Of a DNA stretch of 64,000 bases, positions 28,362-37,402 are shown piece after piece. Position 1 is the first letter of the stretch. Each line of letters starts with the position of its first letter. The translations under genes and the position numbers were made by a program. The notes beneath the pieces are model-generated. The model was not told the DNA's origin. It saw only the letters and a list, made by a program, of their open reading frames with translations, and made no database searches. The DNA lies in the NCBI GenBank assembly GCA_964527555.1, contig CAZGOG010000002.1:41698-105697 (forward strand), given 5' to 3'. The stretch is from an uncultured Planctomycetia bacterium. GTDB taxonomy: Bacteria > Omnitrophota > Gorgyraeia > Tantalellales > Tantalellaceae.

Positions 28362-29465
28362 CTAAAGGACCACGAGGTTGTCCCTGTGTACCACCTCATC
28401 GTAATCCTTATAGCCGAGTATGCTTTCTATCTGCTCGGACTTATGCCCCTTGATTTTCTCTATTTCCTCGGATGAATAATTCGAAAGCCCCCTTGCTATA
28501 ACTTCCCCGTCATCGCTTACGATATCCACCACGTCACCGTCAGTGAACCTGCCTGATATATCGATAATACCGCTGGGTAAGAGACTTTTATTCTTGGCGA
28601 TGAGCGCTTTCTCCGCCCCTTCGTCTATCCTGATCGATCCCTTGGACTTGAGGCTGAAAGCTATCCACCTCTTGCGGGCCTTCATGGTGACTTCTGAAGC
28701 TTTGAAGCGCGTACCTACTTCTTTGCCGTCGGCAATATCGGTGATTACGCTCTCTTTTCTGCCGTAGGCGATAACGCATTCTATCCCGCTTGACGCGGCG
28801 TTCTTCGCGGCCTCAAGTTTAGTTATCATGCCCCCGGTGCTTTCATCGCATCCTTTGCCCCGGCAAAGCCCTTTCAGTTTCCCTATATCTTTTGCTATAT
28901 CTTCGACTCTGCTGATTAATCCGCCTTCTCGCCCGAGGAGCCCTTCCACATCGGTAAGGATTATCAAGATGTCGGAATCGGCAAGGTCAGCCACCAGGCT
29001 TGAAAGGCGATCGTTATCCCCGCACTTTATCTCCTCCGTCGAAACCGAATCGTTCTCATTGATGATAGGGACCGCGCCGAGTTTTACGAGTTCATTAAGT
29101 GTATATCTTATGTTAAGGAACCTCCTGCGGTCATTAAAGTCTTCCTGGGTAAGCAGTATCTGGCCGGCGACATAACTTCTCTTGTTGAAATATTCGTTAT
29201 AAACGTCCATGAGGTGGTTCTGGCCGACGCTTGCTGCGGCCTGAAGCTCTGCAAGAGACCTCTCTCTTTTATTCAGCTTAAGTAACCCCAGTCCCGCGCC
29301 TATAGCGCCTGAAGAGACCACGATCACCTCGAAGTGCTTGTCTTTTAGATCGGATATCTGATCCGCCAGGCTCTTGATAACCGCCTCATCGAGTCTGTTA
29401 TTCTCGCCGGTAACGACTTTAGTGCCGACCTTAATCGTTATTCTCTTCAGGTGCTTCTTTGACAT
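28362..29465 (-). CDS. proB: Glutamate 5-kinase (with PUA domain)
   Basis: 367 aa. Amino-acid kinase fold (ITIKVGTKVVT, VVSSGAIGAG), C-terminal PUA. Confidence 0.9.
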   Translation of the reverse strand: MSKKHLKRITIKVGTKVVTGENNRLDEAVIKSLADQISDLKDKHFEVIVVSSGAIGAGLGLLKLNKRERSLAELQAAASVGQNHLMDVYNEYFNKRSYVAGQILLTQEDFNDRRRFLNIRYTLNELVKLGAVPIINENDSVSTEEIKCGDNDRLSSLVADLADSDILIILTDVEGLLGREGGLISRVEDIAKDIGKLKGLCRGKGCDESTGGMITKLEAAKNAASSGIECVIAYGRKESVITDIADGKEVGTRFKASEVTMKARKRWIAFSLKSKGSIRIDEGAEKALIAKNKSLLPSGIIDISGRFTDGDVVDIVSDDGEVIARGLSNYSSEEIEKIKGHKSEQIESILGYKDYDEVVHRDNLVVL

Positions 29466-30420
29466 CTTTTATCTTCCTGTATATTGCCCCGACCAGTTCC
29501 CTCACGCCTTCCCCGGTAAGAGCGGAGATCGCCCACACCTTTTCTTTTTGCCCGGCGGAAAACTTCTCAAGGTTCTCCTTCGCCCCGGGCATATCCATCT
29601 TGTTCGCGACTATTATACGCGGTTTATTATACACGTCTTCACTATAGGCATAAAGTTCTTTTTCTAATCTTGCATAATTTTCATCTGGATGAGTCCCATC
29701 CACCGGCACCATATCCACAATATGCACCAGAACGCTGGTTCTTTCGATGTGACGCAGAAACCTGTCCCCGAGTCCCTTCCCCGCATGCGCGCCTTCGATG
29801 AGGCCCGGCATATCCGCGGCCACAAAGGTATTCTCATGGAAACTCACCACCCCCAGCTGGGGCGTGCGTGTCGTAAAAGGGTACGCAGCTACCCGCGAAT
29901 GACATTTTGATATGCGTGAGATAAGCGTTGATTTACCGGCATTGGGCAGGCCTATTATCCCGGCGTCAGCGACCAGCTTAAGTTCCAGGATAAGAGTTTT
30001 CGCTTCACCGGGGGCGCCCGGCTCGGCCTCTCTCTTCTTGGCGCTGCCTATGCCGCCCGCTCCGCCCCTGGCTACAATAACCCTCTCGCCTATAGCGTCA
30101 AGATCCCTTACAACCATGTCCGTCCCGGCGTCTATTACGATAGTGCCCACGGGGACCTTTATAACACAGTCCTTCCCGCGCCTGCCGAACTTCTTGTTCG
30201 AACCGCCGCACACGCCTGCGCCGCCGGAATGATGTTGTTTGTATTTTAGATCAAGAAGAGTATGCAGGTTGGGGCTGCTTTCGATGATTACGTCGCCGCC
30301 GGCTCCGCCGTCACCGCCGTCAGGGATGCCCTTTCGGTGAAAGATATCCTTGAATAAACTCTGGCAACCGTCCCCTCCCTTGCCGCCGGAGACGTAGATC
30401 TTTGCATGGTCAATAAGCAT
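29431..30420 (-). CDS. obg: GTPase Obg
   Basis: 329 aa. Obg fold glycine-rich N-domain (KIYVSGGKGGDGCQS...GGDGGAGGDV), G-domain motifs (GLPNAGKST, DMPGLIEGA, NKMD). Confidence 0.9.
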   Translation of the reverse strand: MLIDHAKIYVSGGKGGDGCQSLFKDIFHRKGIPDGGDGGAGGDVIIESSPNLHTLLDLKYKQHHSGGAGVCGGSNKKFGRRGKDCVIKVPVGTIVIDAGTDMVVRDLDAIGERVIVARGGAGGIGSAKKREAEPGAPGEAKTLILELKLVADAGIIGLPNAGKSTLISRISKCHSRVAAYPFTTRTPQLGVVSFHENTFVAADMPGLIEGAHAGKGLGDRFLRHIERTSVLVHIVDMVPVDGTHPDENYARLEKELYAYSEDVYNKPRIIVANKMDMPGAKENLEKFSAGQKEKVWAISALTGEGVRELVGAIYRKIKDVKEAPEENND

Positions 30421-30421
30421 C

Positions 30422-30664
30422 TCATTCGGGGATTATACTTACAACCCGGCTCGCAGAAAACGAAACAACACCCGTGCGCCTGGCAAAAAGAGTGTCATCG
30501 CTGCCCCTGCCCACGTTCATACCGGGCTTATAGCGGGTGCCCCTCTGTCTGATGATTATACTGCCGGCGCTTACGCACTCGCCGCCGGATATTTTAACAC
30601 CGAGTCTTTGAGAATTCGAATCGCGTCCGTTGCGCGAAGAACCTTGTCCTTTTTTATGTGCCAT
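30422..30664 (-). CDS. rpmA: 50S ribosomal protein L27
   Basis: 80 aa. [24 protein letters not shown] is the L27 N-terminus. Confidence 0.9.
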   Translation of the reverse strand: MAHKKGQGSSRNGRDSNSQRLGVKISGGECVSAGSIIIRQRGTRYKPGMNVGRGSDDTLFARRTGVVSFSASRVVSIIPE

Positions 30665-30718
30665 GACTGGTAACTCCTTTTCTTCTCCAGGCCCTGATCT
30701 CGGGGCCGATTATTTTAT

Positions 30719-31093
30719 TTATGCTTTCTTGGGTTTGGTTTCCGCCTTCTTGGCTTTCTCTTCAGCGGGTTTAACCCCTTCCGCAAAATGTATCTCTTTC
30801 ACCTTAAGATCCGTCAGGTCCTGCCTGTGGCCTTTTTTCGACTGTGAGCTTTTCCTGTCCCTGTATTTAAACGCGATCACTTTTTTCCCTCTTTTGTCCC
30901 CCACGATCGCACATTCGACAAAAGCGTCTTTCACGTAAGGCTCTCCCACAAAATAAGAAGCGCCTTTCCTGCCGAAGAGGACCTTATCCACCTTAAGCGT
31001 CTTAGCTTTCTGCCCGGCTATGCGGTTAACTGAAAAAATAGTACCTTTCTCAACCAGTACCTGCGTGCCTTTAAGTTCGATTACCGCGTACAT
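30719..31093 (-). CDS. rplU: 50S ribosomal protein L21 (with short K/A/E-rich C-terminal tail)
   Basis: 124 aa. MYAVIELKGTQVLVEKG is the L21 N-terminus. rplU-rpmA-obg operon. Confidence 0.9.
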   Translation of the reverse strand: MYAVIELKGTQVLVEKGTIFSVNRIAGQKAKTLKVDKVLFGRKGASYFVGEPYVKDAFVECAIVGDKRGKKVIAFKYRDRKSSQSKKGHRQDLTDLKVKEIHFAEGVKPAEEKAKKAETKPKKA

Positions 31094-31208
31094 GTTTTCT
31101 CCTAATAGTTTATAACTTGTTTAAAAACAATAGCTTATATGACAAATAAACAAAATTCTTTAAAAAAGAGTAGAATAATAGTACCAGATAGGACCTTGAT
31201 TGTCAAGA

Positions 31209-32360
31209 CTAATTAGGTTTGGGTGGGTTCCAGCTTATGATATCGACATCTTGTTGAAGCCCCGGCGCATAAATCTCAGGATCTTTATATGCATATTTAA
31301 CGACAGTCGTCACATTCCAGAAGGTTATATCCCTTTCAGCTATCATACATCCCTCTATATCAATAGTAGCTCCCGCTGTCCCGGTAGTAAGGTCCCTCCT
31401 GGCATGCACGATAGCTCCTTCTGTTGTGAGATTGCCGTGAACCGTAATATCACCGTTCGTCCCTTTTGCATAAATGATGTTTATAATGCCGCTTTTTATG
31501 GTCTGTATCAGGCTTCCACTTATTTTAATATCGTCTGCGATAAGAGAGCCGTTAAGCACACATGTGCCGCTTATAGTGACGTTACCGTCTACGTAAGCAT
31601 ACCCGCTGGAAGGTGAAATGCTTCCGGTAAAAGTCTGGTTACTGCTGTAGTAGTCACCGGCATCAATCGCTTTTTGTTTCCACTCGGCCAAATCCCCCTG
31701 AGTGATCCAATCAACACCCACAAGGGGAAGAAACGGCGCGCCTTCTGTAACTGTGGCGGCGTCATTATTCACGCCATTGATCCATATGAAAGCATCTGCA
31801 CTATCGGATTGGTTGTGTTTTGAGCCTTCCAGCACCACACCAACAGCCGCGACTTCTCCGTTTACGCGGACGATTCCGTTATTCAAGGACTTGAGCTCTA
31901 CGTCGCTGTTAGAGTGTATGTCCCCTGTCACCTCTACCAATGAAGCGCTGCCCGTGGCACGAAGTTTAAGGCTGTTGTATGCCGTATACATCTTGTTTAA
32001 CGGTGAGTCTACAGCACCGCTGATCTCAGCCGTTACCGTCCTTGAAACCGGCCCCACAGTCCCCACTGAAGTCAAAAGGATCCTCGAACCCACCTGAGAG
32101 TACGTCACGACGTAGCCACCCGTATCCATAGTCTCTGAAACGACGGTGCTTCCGCTTAAACCGTTGGCCCTGATCTCAGCCAGCGCGTGGTTTATCCCCG
32201 CTTCAGCCATGTTCCTTGCCTGCTCCATGGTCTTTGCCCGGCCTATTAGCTCCATGTCCTGTTTTATGATATCGACGAAAAATATCGTAGTTATGGACAT
32301 TAAGAGCACGAAACCCAGTACCACGATAAGCACCATGCCTTTTTTGTTCCCGATATTCAT
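31209..32360 (-). CDS. PilX-like type IV pilus assembly/minor-pilin-associated protein with beta-helix-like C-terminal region
   Basis: ORF 31209..32381 trimmed to MNIGNKKGMVLIVVLGFVLLMS. N-terminus matches the PilX_N pattern (G-[MV]-x-L-[IV]-x-x-L hydrophobic helix then MEQARNMAEAGINHALAEI). C-terminal half has repeated G/N/T-rich beta-strand segments (DITVHGNLTTEGAIVHARRDLTTGTAGATIDIEG). Confidence 0.65.
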   Translation of the reverse strand: MNIGNKKGMVLIVVLGFVLLMSITTIFFVDIIKQDMELIGRAKTMEQARNMAEAGINHALAEIRANGLSGSTVVSETMDTGGYVVTYSQVGSRILLTSVGTVGPVSRTVTAEISGAVDSPLNKMYTAYNSLKLRATGSASLVEVTGDIHSNSDVELKSLNNGIVRVNGEVAAVGVVLEGSKHNQSDSADAFIWINGVNNDAATVTEGAPFLPLVGVDWITQGDLAEWKQKAIDAGDYYSSNQTFTGSISPSSGYAYVDGNVTISGTCVLNGSLIADDIKISGSLIQTIKSGIINIIYAKGTNGDITVHGNLTTEGAIVHARRDLTTGTAGATIDIEGCMIAERDITFWNVTTVVKYAYKDPEIYAPGLQQDVDIISWNPPKPN

Positions 32361-32393
32361 CCGGCTAATCTCGCTTTTCATATCACACCGCCT

Positions 32394-34679
32394 CTATTTG
32401 CCCGTATTCCTGGGCTCGACCTCGATCGTATTCTCTTTATGGAGTAACCTGCCGTGAAAATCCATACTGACGCCGATACCGATCGTCAAAGCTTTAATAA
32501 GATCCTCGCCGTCGATTGTGACTCTCACCTGTCCGTAATCGTCCTTCTTGGCGATGTCGCCCGTGATCTGGCATACTGTTTCATCGCCGGGCCAGTTTAC
32601 TTCAACATCGTCTATCCAGAGTGAAGTATACCCCGCAATGTAGGGCTCGCCTGCACTAGCCGGGAACTCATACACATTCATCATAGTTACCTGGCTATTA
32701 ATATAATTCTCATAGCTCAAGGTCGAAGAATCAACCCTCCAGTAAAGGGTAGTAGCCAGTTCCCCCTTGAACTGAAAATACCGGCCTGAACCTATTCCCA
32801 GGCTGCTGGGATTCGTAGTGCTGCCGGTTATAGAGTCCCAGTCTGTCGCCCCTGTCATGAATCTGTCACTGGAAGAACGCGCCTTCATGCGCACTTCGGT
32901 GCCCGAAGGACTGTCTTCAGACCACTTTATCTGGTTATACGAGGGGCTTGCTAACGCCGTATCGTATATCTGAGATTCCACGCTGCCTGATTTCTGGGCA
33001 ACGTCAACTTCTGTAACGGCATAGATCATGTTTGTGGTGCCGTCATAAAGAGACCATACCGGCGTCCCCGAAGCGGACGGAAGATCTCCCGTCGTCAGGT
33101 AATATGAATGATCCATGGTCGCACCGCCCTCCCAGTACCTGACATCGTCATCACCCGGATTAAAGGACCATCCTGAAGGCCAGATTAAAAACGGATCATC
33201 CAGCTGCGGCACATAGAATGTTATAAGGTAATCCGCCTCGTCCCCCGCTGAATCCTCCAAAGCCAGCGGGAAGCAGACCCATTCGCTCCAGACTTGACCG
33301 CCGCTGGGGATATAGGCATAAGTCACGGTATCGGTGGAATCGCCGTCACCATCCATATCATAAGCGTCCTGGAAATAAAGCCTCTGGTGACGGTGATAGT
33401 CTTCTACAGGTAACCCCGACGTAGACTGGTTCGCAAGGCCGACATACTCATCTGCGCTTTTATCTCTTCTTGTTATATACGCAGCCTCTATTTTAAAGGG
33501 ATTATCCTCGGGCGCGGTAAACTTGCACCTTAAAAGATAGCCCCTCACGGGATCTGCCGTGGTCGTGCCGGAATTGTCTATCTTATCATGGTGTAAAACC
33601 GTACGGATTGTTATGGGATAAGCCGGAAGGTTCCCGTCATCGCCGTCTATCTCAGTATCCTCGGTCTCAGATGCGGCTGACCAGACTATATCCTCGTCTC
33701 CACCCACGCGGTCCGAGGGAAGTTCCAGCTTCATACGCATCTCTTCCCCATAAATAAAAACGTTATCCGGGCTTGCGCCCGAAAAAGCGGAATCTCTCAC
33801 AAGATCGTAAGAGTCGGTAAACTCGAGATAGTCGCCTGCGCCCGCAGCGTCATATTCCAGGAAATTACTGTTTCTCCATTCGTTGTCATAAACTCTGGTA
33901 ATACCGGCGCCGCTTGAATCTATCGAACCAGCCGGGGCAAAAGAGGAGTTGTAATACTCCGCTTCCCGGTAACTGCCCGAAGGCATTATCCTGATATTGT
34001 CTATGCCGAAAGCGTAACCGGTCGAATCGGGATTGAGGTCCTCGGCAGTAAAGCGTATGTCATGACTTCCAGCGTCAAGCGTTGTGTACCCGAAGACGAC
34101 GTTACTCACTTTAACGGGATCGCTGCTTTCATCATAAAAATCCACCAAACCGGCCAGCTGTGAGATCTCAAGATAATCCAGGTTTTCCCTTATGAGATCC
34201 GAATATATGTCGGCGGTGATGTCGCCGGAAAGAACACTTTCAAGCTGAGCGTACCTTTCATCCTCGGTAAGCGTACTGTCCCATGAATCGATAACGCTTC
34301 TTCTGAGATGCTTTTTACCGTCTTCCTCGACTATGTGGTATATGATGGTCTTATCCCAAGCGATCTTGCCATCGGTAATAGTTAAAAAACCGTTAGTATC
34401 AACATCGGCTGACGGCAGGCTCATCGCGGTATATGTGACTTCGCCTTCCGGATAAAACGTCATATAAGTGGCGCTTGAAAGACGCACTTCGTTCCTTATC
34501 GTCTCAAGAGCTTTTAAAAGGTCTATCCTGAGAAGCGTGTTACTCCTTTCCCCCGTCCATACTTTCTGGGCAAACGTCCACGTCGAGATCATAGCCGCCA
34601 CCACCAGAACAGCTATAATTATCATGATCAGCACTTCCGTTAAGGTAAACCCTCTTTTATCCCGGAGCATCCTTCTCAT
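32394..34679 (-). CDS. Giant (761 aa) prepilin-type protein: class III signal peptide + large acidic extracellular domain
   Basis: N-terminus MRRMLRDKRG|FTLTEVLIMIIIAVLVVAAMIS is a canonical prepilin peptidase motif (G/FTLxE plus hydrophobic helix). The remainder (~730 aa) is D/E/S/T/Y-rich with no motif I recognise. Sits between the PilX-like and PilV-like genes. Confidence 0.75.
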   Translation of the reverse strand: MRRMLRDKRGFTLTEVLIMIIIAVLVVAAMISTWTFAQKVWTGERSNTLLRIDLLKALETIRNEVRLSSATYMTFYPEGEVTYTAMSLPSADVDTNGFLTITDGKIAWDKTIIYHIVEEDGKKHLRRSVIDSWDSTLTEDERYAQLESVLSGDITADIYSDLIRENLDYLEISQLAGLVDFYDESSDPVKVSNVVFGYTTLDAGSHDIRFTAEDLNPDSTGYAFGIDNIRIMPSGSYREAEYYNSSFAPAGSIDSSGAGITRVYDNEWRNSNFLEYDAAGAGDYLEFTDSYDLVRDSAFSGASPDNVFIYGEEMRMKLELPSDRVGGDEDIVWSAASETEDTEIDGDDGNLPAYPITIRTVLHHDKIDNSGTTTADPVRGYLLRCKFTAPEDNPFKIEAAYITRRDKSADEYVGLANQSTSGLPVEDYHRHQRLYFQDAYDMDGDGDSTDTVTYAYIPSGGQVWSEWVCFPLALEDSAGDEADYLITFYVPQLDDPFLIWPSGWSFNPGDDDVRYWEGGATMDHSYYLTTGDLPSASGTPVWSLYDGTTNMIYAVTEVDVAQKSGSVESQIYDTALASPSYNQIKWSEDSPSGTEVRMKARSSSDRFMTGATDWDSITGSTTNPSSLGIGSGRYFQFKGELATTLYWRVDSSTLSYENYINSQVTMMNVYEFPASAGEPYIAGYTSLWIDDVEVNWPGDETVCQITGDIAKKDDYGQVRVTIDGEDLIKALTIGIGVSMDFHGRLLHKENTIEVEPRNTGK

Positions 34680-34704
34680 AATCGCCTCTTATTTTTGTTG
34701 CGTT

Positions 34705-35118
34705 TTATATATCGGCAAACACCGTCTCCATGGTAATAGGATGACCCGCCGGGGAAGCTTCGTCGGCCCTGTCGACACTCACTTTAACCGTTACGAGATC
34801 GGAAAAACCGTTAAAATTTTGTGTAACCGCAGTCGTGCGGAAAAAATCCACCTCTCCATCGCCGTCTATATCTATGGGGACATCGATCTCAGGGGCTGTG
34901 TAAGGTATATTGGCAAAATCAAATTTTTTAAGTGTGTCTATACGTGCCTGGGCCAGGATAGAAGCGGTATAGATCTCATCTGAGCGGCTGATAAGGATCG
35001 CTCCCTGCGTAATCGCGGTAAGCACAGCTATCGCAATAAGCGCCACTATCATGATGGATATGATCACTTCTACAAGCGTCATCCCCCGGGAATCTTTAAA
35101 CAAATTCCTCATAATCAC
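34705..35118 (-). CDS. Minor (pseudo)pilin, PilV/GspI-like
   Basis: 137 aa. MIMRNLFKDSRG|MTLVEVIISIMIVALIAIAVL prepilin motif, small globular domain. Confidence 0.75.
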   Translation of the reverse strand: MIMRNLFKDSRGMTLVEVIISIMIVALIAIAVLTAITQGAILISRSDEIYTASILAQARIDTLKKFDFANIPYTAPEIDVPIDIDGDGEVDFFRTTAVTQNFNGFSDLVTVKVSVDRADEASPAGHPITMETVFADI

Positions 35119-35241
35119 CTGTTCTTTCCTGAAAACCGGCTATAAAACTAACTGTATACCCCTATTTAAAGTATACCTTACTATAATTCAATAACCAGCT
35201 TTTTGATATATTCAAAAAAAAGAAGTCAGTTCAACCGATTT

Positions 35242-36804
35242 TTAACGCTCCTCTACCACAATATCCTCAATATGGAGCGTATGATCCTCTTTAAGGTCTA
35301 TCTTGCACCTGTATTTGCGCTGTATATCGCTTAACATCACGGCCTGATCCGAAACTAAAGCCTCGTTAATATCGGGGTGTACCGTCACGCTTACATGTTT
35401 TATCCTCTTCTCGCTTTTTACAAGCGCGTTATCTATTTGCCGGACCACTTCGATCGCTATAGTCTCAACGCTTTTAATCATGCCTTTACCTCCGCAATAA
35501 GGGCATTCTATATGCGAGGAGCTTTCCAGGCTCTTACGCATCCTTTGCCTGGTCATCTCCACTATCCCGAACTGGGATATCGCCCTCAGGCTTATGCGCG
35601 CCTTATCATCGCGGAGCTTCTCCTGGAGGAGGTTAAAGATGTTCTCGCGGTGGTTCTTATCCTCCATATCGATAAAGTCTATGATGATGATGCCGCCTAT
35701 ATCTCTCAGCATGAGCTGCTTCGGTATTTCTTCCGCTGCCTCCATATTCGTCTTATACGCGGTCTCCTCCAGGCTTCTTCTCCCGACGAAGCTGCCCGTA
35801 TTGACATCGATTACCACGACGCCTTCGGTCTGCTCGATAACAAGATACCCGCCGCTTTTGAGCGAGACTTTCCTTTCAAAGATCTCATCTACCTTCTTGT
35901 CAAGATTGTATTTCTGAAAAAGAGGCATGCGCCCGGTGTACAGTTTCACTTTCTTCCGGAGTGACGGCATGAAGGCCTTGAGGAACTTGATGATCCTGGC
36001 ATACTCCTCCTTCGAGTCGACGATGAGGCTTGAGACGTCTTCGGTGAAAATGTCCCTTATCATGCGAAGGACTATCCCGTATTCCTCATATACGCAAACG
36101 GGAGGCGCCTGTCTTTCGGCTCTTGCTTTCACCCTCGCCCATAGGTTCATCAGGTACCTGATCTCGGAACGGAACTCCTCCTCACTCCTGCCGGCTGCTA
36201 CAGTCCTTACGATGCAGCCCACCTCGTCACGGAACCCCAATTTATCCAAAATGTCGCGTATCCTCTTGCGTTCCGCCGGGTCAAGTATGCGCCGGGATAT
36301 GCCTATTGTCTTGTCATAGGGGGTTATCACCAGATACCTTCCCGGAAGGCTTATATACGTGGTAAGACGCGGCCCCTTGGTGCCGATCGCTTCTTTCACG
36401 ACCTGTACCATGAGCTCTTCGCCCTTCTTTAAAATGTTCTGTATTTTCGCGGGGCCGAATTTTTTCCTGGGTTTTATAGCCGGCTCGTCCTCGTCCGCCA
36501 GGATCTCTTTGAGTATGGAACTTTTGTCCAAAACGTCGCTCACGTGGAGAAACCCGTTTTTCTCAAGTCCTACATCCACGAAGGCCGCTTCTATCCCCGG
36601 GAGGATGGAACTTACCCGCCCCTTGTAGATGCTGCCGGCATACTGCCCACGGCCCTTTCGTGCCATGAAAAAATCCACCATATTGCCGCCCTCAAGGATC
36701 GCGGCACGCTTCTCAATGGGGCCGACATTGATCAGTATCTGTTTTTCGGTCTTCACTTCGGCTTTATGTCTATGTCTTTTTGCCATCATAAAATGTCCTT
36801 TCAC
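35242..36804 (-). CDS. rng: Ribonuclease G/E family endoribonuclease
   Basis: 520 aa. S1 domain (ILINVGPIEKRAAILEGG...GSIYKGRVSSILPGIEAAFVDVG), RNase E/G catalytic core (DFIDMED), Zn-link CPYCGGKG. Confidence 0.9.
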   Translation of the reverse strand: MKGHFMMAKRHRHKAEVKTEKQILINVGPIEKRAAILEGGNMVDFFMARKGRGQYAGSIYKGRVSSILPGIEAAFVDVGLEKNGFLHVSDVLDKSSILKEILADEDEPAIKPRKKFGPAKIQNILKKGEELMVQVVKEAIGTKGPRLTTYISLPGRYLVITPYDKTIGISRRILDPAERKRIRDILDKLGFRDEVGCIVRTVAAGRSEEEFRSEIRYLMNLWARVKARAERQAPPVCVYEEYGIVLRMIRDIFTEDVSSLIVDSKEEYARIIKFLKAFMPSLRKKVKLYTGRMPLFQKYNLDKKVDEIFERKVSLKSGGYLVIEQTEGVVVIDVNTGSFVGRRSLEETAYKTNMEAAEEIPKQLMLRDIGGIIIIDFIDMEDKNHRENIFNLLQEKLRDDKARISLRAISQFGIVEMTRQRMRKSLESSSHIECPYCGGKGMIKSVETIAIEVVRQIDNALVKSEKRIKHVSVTVHPDINEALVSDQAVMLSDIQRKYRCKIDLKEDHTLHIEDIVVEER

Positions 36805-36817
36805 ATTTATATTTGTA

Positions 36818-37117
36818 TCACTTGGCTTCTCTGACTTCCAGGATCCTTACGCCTTCCGGAAGTTCCCGGTTGAGAGCCTCTTTAATCTCAAGGTGAGGCC
36901 GCTCAGTAAGCCAGAAACTCATCTCTTCCCTGTCGCTCTGGCAGCCAAGCTTGAGAGCCTTCGGCATACTTATCTTTACGTGTGGTGAAAAGCCTTCCGT
37001 CAAAACAAAGGCCAGTCCCGTACGGCGGATGGCCCTGCGAATAAGAGTCATGAGGTCCAGATGCGAAATATAGACCATATCACCCTTCTTCTCAAAGACA
37101 GCATCGTATCTTATCAT
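36818..37117 (-). CDS. DUF2344/TIGR03936-like protein (radical-SAM-linked, rng-associated)
   Basis: ORF 36818..37198 trimmed to MIRYDAVFEKKGDMVYISHLDLMTLIRRAIRRTGLAFVLTEGFSPHVKISMPKAL... The YISHLDL...R..R...P...S.GF.P..KIS pattern and position immediately upstream of rng match the radical SAM (TIGR03960) - DUF2344 - rng module, recalled from memory. Confidence 0.55.
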   Translation of the reverse strand: MIRYDAVFEKKGDMVYISHLDLMTLIRRAIRRTGLAFVLTEGFSPHVKISMPKALKLGCQSDREEMSFWLTERPHLEIKEALNRELPEGVRILEVREAK

Positions 37118-37402
37118 GATCTTATACCGGCTTTCCCTCACATCAAAGCTAAAGAGACAGGCATAAAAGAAAACTACTATTCTCTCGGCAGCCTGCAAAG
37201 TAATAAAGCTTAGCGTCTTCTGTGAACGCTTCTTTCTAGGGGGAGGGGTGATTGAAAAAATATAAAGCCTATTAAGTCAAGACGTCTCGCGAAACACATG
37301 CTAACTATAAAAACCTTTTATCATCTTCGCCTTTTGAAAAGCCAGTCTTGTCTTCTGCCCTCTACCCTCGTCTGCCGGCGATAAACTTCTGCCCCTTAAG
37401 CG

